NCBI GenBank assembly: GCA_910592345.1
Contig: CAJVPI010000229.1
Span: forward strand, 1 to 40,788
Reading direction: 5' to 3'
Source: Paraglomus brasilianum
Taxonomy: Eukaryota
DNA length: 40,788 nucleotides
The notes under the pieces are model-generated. The model saw only the letters and a program-made list of their open reading frames with translations. It was not told the DNA's origin and did not search any database. Below, in pieces: positions 35,873 through 40,788 of the stretch. The first letter of the stretch is position 1; each line of letters opens with the position of its first letter. The position numbers were made by a program, and so were the translations under genes.

Positions 35873-37966
35873 ATGATTAAACAGGCAACGGATTCTGCAG
35901 CTGACAGATCTTCGCCAATTTTCGTTCCTCCACATGTGTCGGCAACATGTTCATCAAACGATCAAAGCGAAATGAACGTTGAATTTAAAGGTAATAGTTC
36001 ACTATGAATTCTGGTAATTAAGTTAATGTAATTGTTCATTATTTAGTATTAACATACAGCGAGCGGCATTGAAGCGCAAGACATTTCTCAAGATTCGGAT
36101 TTTATATTCCACGATTATATTGATCAAATCGAAGATAATCATTACGATTATACCAAAATTCAGGATGCTTGTGTATCTTACGTTATACCCGTTGTCCAAC
36201 AGCCTGCTTGCACCACGACCCAGTCAACACCGTTTCTCAAAAGCCATCTAACACTTCAACGACCACATCAGCAAATGCCCGTTCTGCTACCTGCAGCTTT
36301 GCTTCAGAATTACATACTTTGTCCGATAATTAATTCTTCCTCAATAATATCAGACAGTTTCCTTAACACACCCGCCAACACCATCCTCATGTCACCTCTA
36401 ATAAAAACTGCATCTTCAGCCCTATTTAATCCATTAAGTCTCGCGTCACAACAAACACAGCAGTCGTTGAACGGAATAGATAAAAATGGAAGACAAGAAT
36501 TAAAGAGAAAAAGGTCTGGACACGTAGAAACAAACAACCGCTTGCAAAAAGTAACATTGGTTGAAGACAAGAAATTTGAGGAAGGATTGTACAACGCGCT
36601 AGAACAACAAAAACAGCCATCATTTCAAGAAAACAATATTCAGGCCGAAATGCTCAACTCTCAAGAAGGATCGAATTCATTGCAGACTCCAACTCTATTT
36701 GAGCATAAGCACGCAATGCTTAGCAAAACACAAACGTCACTTTCTTCAAATGTTACATCACCTCCTTCCGCCTCTTCTTTTTCTTACGGGGACTGTCTCA
36801 CATCTCAAATATTCTTTGACCATGTAGACAACGATTTAAGCGTATCACTTGCTCATAGTATCACAGATGAAACAGACAAAATTTGTCTTGATGGAAAGAC
36901 TGAGGGCAAAGATGAGGATAAACAAGAGGAAGACGAAGAGTTTTCGAGAAAGGAGAAAGGCGAATATGAGCATTTGAATGGTGAAAGTGATGTGAATAAG
37001 TCCGAGTTGCAAAAACTGAAGTGGGATGAGCTGTTTAACCAATTAGGCATAAATGATGTTGCGGATAATAACGCCTTAAGTAATTGTATTTCGTACAGTC
37101 ACGTAGAGGGAGATTCTCCATCAATAAACTTATACCGTGACATGCTACGTTTGCTCGGTAAGCATACACACACCCTCTTTCTAGCACGTCTGTCTGTTTC
37201 CGCCGCTACATACTTTTCATCGCCTCTTAAACGTCATAATGCTAATTCCTCTTTTCCATTTCTTTAACACGTCAATAGCATCTTCACTACTGACATCACC
37301 CACACCGTCACTCCCTACCATTCCATGCTCTCCTCCTACTTCTGTTACAAACTCCTCAAAGACACCATCGGAAACAACACCAACGGCACCATTGACAGAC
37401 GCCCAACCACGCAAGCAACTGCTCCATCATCCAGGAGACATGTATACTCCTCAATGGGTGAGATATACGGGCCGTTTGAAAGAAGGTTTATGTGAAATTT
37501 GTGATCCTGGGAAATGGTTGCAGTTGAAGAACAGTGCATTTTGGTATGTTATGGAAGAATTTGTGTAGTTGTAGTGATAGTGGGAAAGTTTGATAAGAGG
37601 GAACGATATTTTACGATGGTTAACCGTTCGATTTAGCTAATTTTGATCCTTGCGCGACATCTTACCACTCTTTCTCGTCTTTACCAAATCAAAAGGTATC
37701 ATAAACAATTTTTCCACGGTATATCCTCTACATCTGGTGGTCCCTTTCTAGCTCCAATTAACACCCGCTCCACACTGATTGATACGACCGAAGGTCTCTG
37801 TCATCAGTGCAATAAGTGGGTTCCAATGACGAGTAGAAAGCGAAAGAGTTATATGTTATGGTATCGCCATGCACACAAATGTCATATTTATATTAAGCCC
37901 AAGAAGAATAATGGTGGGGTGAGCGTGAATGTAGGAGAGGGCGAAGAAGCCGAAAATATAGCATAA
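35873..37966 (+). CDS. Putative Zn-binding transcription regulator with C-terminal Rua1/DUF4451 domain, 4 exons
   Basis: Long low-complexity/acidic N-terminus with basic LKRKR; DMYTPQWVR...KEGLCEIC...WLQLKNSAFW|YHKQFFHGISS...EGLCHQC...WYRHAHKCH. Introns ~35991-36059, ~37159-37278, ~37544-37695. Confidence 0.85.
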
Positions 37967-38549
37967 TTACGGGTATAGCATAATTACGAGTATTAAGTAT
38001 ATAGAATTAGCCATGTAACTGTATAATCGATTGTAAAAAGATTTGCTTGCCGATAGACAATGCAATATTGTAGAAACTCACCGCATAGACAAAAAGCTGT
38101 GGACTCCCTTACAATTGATACTCTAATGCCGAAAAAACATTAAAACGCTGGTACACACGAAGAAAATGAAACTATTTTTTTTATTCACAACGAGGTGCTC
38201 GCTAAAGCTGTTTTTATCAATCTACTTCCATGTAGGAGGGTGTGTATTTACTACTTTTAGCAAGAACTATAAAGGATTGAGTTTAGGGATCCCTCATGTG
38301 TGACATATATTTCAATTGGCCAAATCGAGTAAATTGATTATAGTGAATTTACTATTACAGTAATTTACCAATTATGCGTTAGTGGCATTGTTCTTTTCCT
38401 CTAATATTTTTCAACATCTGTTACTAATCTAGATAAGGGATTAAAATATCTCTTCATATTAGTATGCGATTTGTGAGAAACATTATAACCAAGTTATTGC
38501 TACTAATAAGTTTTGTCAGCATCTAATCAAGAAAATAAATGGTCTCGAC

Positions 38550-39250
38550 TTGATTCAGATGCAAGCGCTCGAACAAACTAGAAGACTTTTGGAGCTTGTT
38601 CGGCTAGAAAGTCAACAGAAATCGCAGTTAATAATAGATCTGAACAATCAAATGCGATTTCAACGTTGGCTGGAAAATCTATCGGCACACAAAGAGGCTT
38701 TACCTGAAGGATTTCTATTTCTTGCATTTGACAATGAACAGAGAGGACAAAAGAACTATCTCGACTGTGGATTTAATATCATGACTTATCATATATTGTT
38801 ACCAGTTTTGTTGCTTTTAATATGACATCGCGAAACAATAATTCAACATACTGATTCACCCTGGGCTTACTCTCTTAATAGGTTACAGTACGAAGAACTT
38901 TTTGATGTCAGCCCTCAAATGCAAGAAGTCATCAATGAAGAATCTTGAATAACTAAAGTTGTAAAAAATAAGGATATGACATACAATAAATGAGTATCAA
39001 CTGAAACAATATTAAAAATGCCTGATATTGTCGTCATAAAATTCTTGTAATAAATTAATCTCGAAAGGTAAGTTGTTTATCTTATTAATAGTTTTTTTTA
39101 ATAATGTTAAATATTTACCTTTCTCAGATTCTTAATTTACTGTCTGGAGAAAATTTATCTTCTACTAATACCATCAATTCTCTTGTAGTGTCTATAGCGA
39201 CTGATAACGATTTTATTGTGGAACAAATCGAAAGATTAATCTCGAATAGT
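38550..39250 (+). pseudogene. Degenerate fragment of a probably repeat-associated hypothetical protein
   Basis: FLAFDNEQRGQKNYLDCGFN, then after a frameshift VTSFVAFNM...DSPWAYSLNRLQYEELFDVSPQM, then stops; intron-like 39068-39127. Family recognised from memory only. Confidence 0.45.
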
Positions 39251-39552
39251 TCCTTGCTTATTAAGGTGTGATCATCGTCGGACAAATATGGTATAATGCC
39301 TGACTGGAGTAACCCCGATATAAGTGACGTTTTTGTTTGTCAACTACTTCTTCGCCAGTATCAACCTCAATTCACCATTCAACATTCTACGACCTATTAT
39401 CCTATCAAAGCCACCAGGTCATTCACCGAAGTAGGTTCACGTGTAGGCTGTGTCGGGGCAAACGAAAACATTCGCACGGTCGCGTCTTCCAGGACGATTT
39501 TGACATTGCTTTTCATTCTTCTACATAGCTGATGATCACTTAAATCTCGTAC

Positions 39553-40700
39553 AATGTCAACAACAGGACAAAGAAAAGCGACAGATTCTAGCGACAAATC
39601 ACTTGGACGAAAACCTGCAAAAAGAAGAAAATGAGTGATTCAGGTACGGTATTAATGCGAGAGATTTGGGCTTGATCTGATGGCAATAGTCAGCTTTGCA
39701 CGCTTCAATTTATGCAACACACTAAATCATTTTCTAATTTACAGAAGACGGCGACATTAACATTGTGTATGAAGAGATCAGCAAGCTTTTCCCGGATGCA
39801 CAGCAACGAATTTCACTTAGTGTTTACTTTGCAAAGAATTCTCGAAAGATAAAGCTGCACAATATCTGTCAATTCCCAATATTGCGGATGACGACAAAAA
39901 GGGTTTTTTACTGGCTTTAGCAAGGGGTGAGTAACGTTTACGCACTCGATGTATTTAACTCTGGATACGCTTGCCGCAATGGCATTTGCTGCATCGTTAC
40001 TGCGCCACCCGACCCATCCACTTATACTTATTCATTCCATCCATCCGTGCTCACTACAATTCCATCCGCATCACATCGCCCATTAGCTGACGGTGGGTAA
40101 CATCCACATCCGTCGGTCACACCACTATTTTGTTTCTTGTTTCTCTCTAAATTTATTCATTGCCACAATTTATTTGATTTGCCATTTTGTAATGATTATT
40201 CTTGCTGCTACTGCTGCTAGTTGCTAAACATTATGCTCATTGTCATTGATTGCACCAACTCTGTTGGTATGCACAATCATTTTCCCTAATTTTTTTTGTT
40301 TGAATTTGTCCTTTATTAAAACACTTCCACATATCACTGATGTTCTTTATTTCTTTTTGTTCATGATCAGAGGAAATGCCTGTTACAAAGAAACCTCACA
40401 TAGATAACTGGGAGGAGTACAACACCAAGGATGGACCTGTGAACTTGCCACCTGCATTAGTCAGGATTCTCTGCAATGAGAGTATGTTCAAACCTGTACC
40501 ACATGATGAATTCAAGCATCAACTGGACAATGTGCAAGTCAGTTGCCAAGTCACACTACCTTCACTTGGTCAGGAGCCCAGGCATTATGGGGAAGGCTAT
40601 TAGGGAATGTTATTTTTAATCACTGAGCAAATGATAGAGATGTGGAATGAGCTTTTAAGTGACAGCCATCACTCAATCAAAAGAGTCCTGTGTCAGGCCA
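39553..40700 (+). pseudogene. Crinkler-like/P-loop family pseudogene, truncated
   Basis: Exon-like pieces MSTTGQRKA...KPAKRRK, EDGDINIVYEEISKLFP...KKGFLLALAR, and TLPSLGQEPRHYGEGY*GMLFLITEQMIEMW...SIKRVL. In-frame TAG at 40601-40603; the frame degrades where a Walker A would be expected. Confidence 0.55.
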
Positions 40701-40788
40701 AGGTTTAATCAGCAATATTCCTCCGTGATTTCCGTAAACATTTCCGTCTGCGGCACATTGAATTTCTGCGGCTAAACGATCGGTAAAA

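Noticed and set aside
16930..37539. Numerous short antisense or alternate-frame ORFs in the track
   Set aside because: They overlap exons of well-supported genes and show no motifs of their own.
37957..37988. 15-bp duplication tatagcataattacg spanning a stop codon
   Set aside because: Real but most simply a slippage duplication with no coding effect.

Overview
Eukaryotic, intron-rich fungal DNA (short introns, nearly all GT-AG); the gene families present point to an arbuscular mycorrhizal fungus (Glomeromycotina; inference). A conserved core holds RAD1/XPF, an NDUFAF7-like methyltransferase, glutaminyl-tRNA synthetase, alanine-glyoxylate aminotransferase, a synaptojanin-like phosphatase, a His-rich methyltransferase, prenylcysteine oxidase and a Rua1/DUF4451 regulator. 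It is interleaved with accessory material: a TKL kinase end, a Uma2 nuclease pseudogene, an intronless bacterial-type Rv2258c-like methyltransferase, a pogo/DDE_1 transposase relic, a frameshifted large membrane-protein gene and a Crinkler-like pseudogene. I found no rRNA, tRNA or CRISPR array and no clearly new multi-gene system. The best leads are: a Sac1 catalytic motif split by a 9-nt microexon and carrying D->S, the HGT-candidate methyltransferase, possible dual-targeting signals (AGX1, PCYOX), a ~600-nt CpG-free island and a hairpin-rich candidate ncRNA. Exon boundaries were read by eye.
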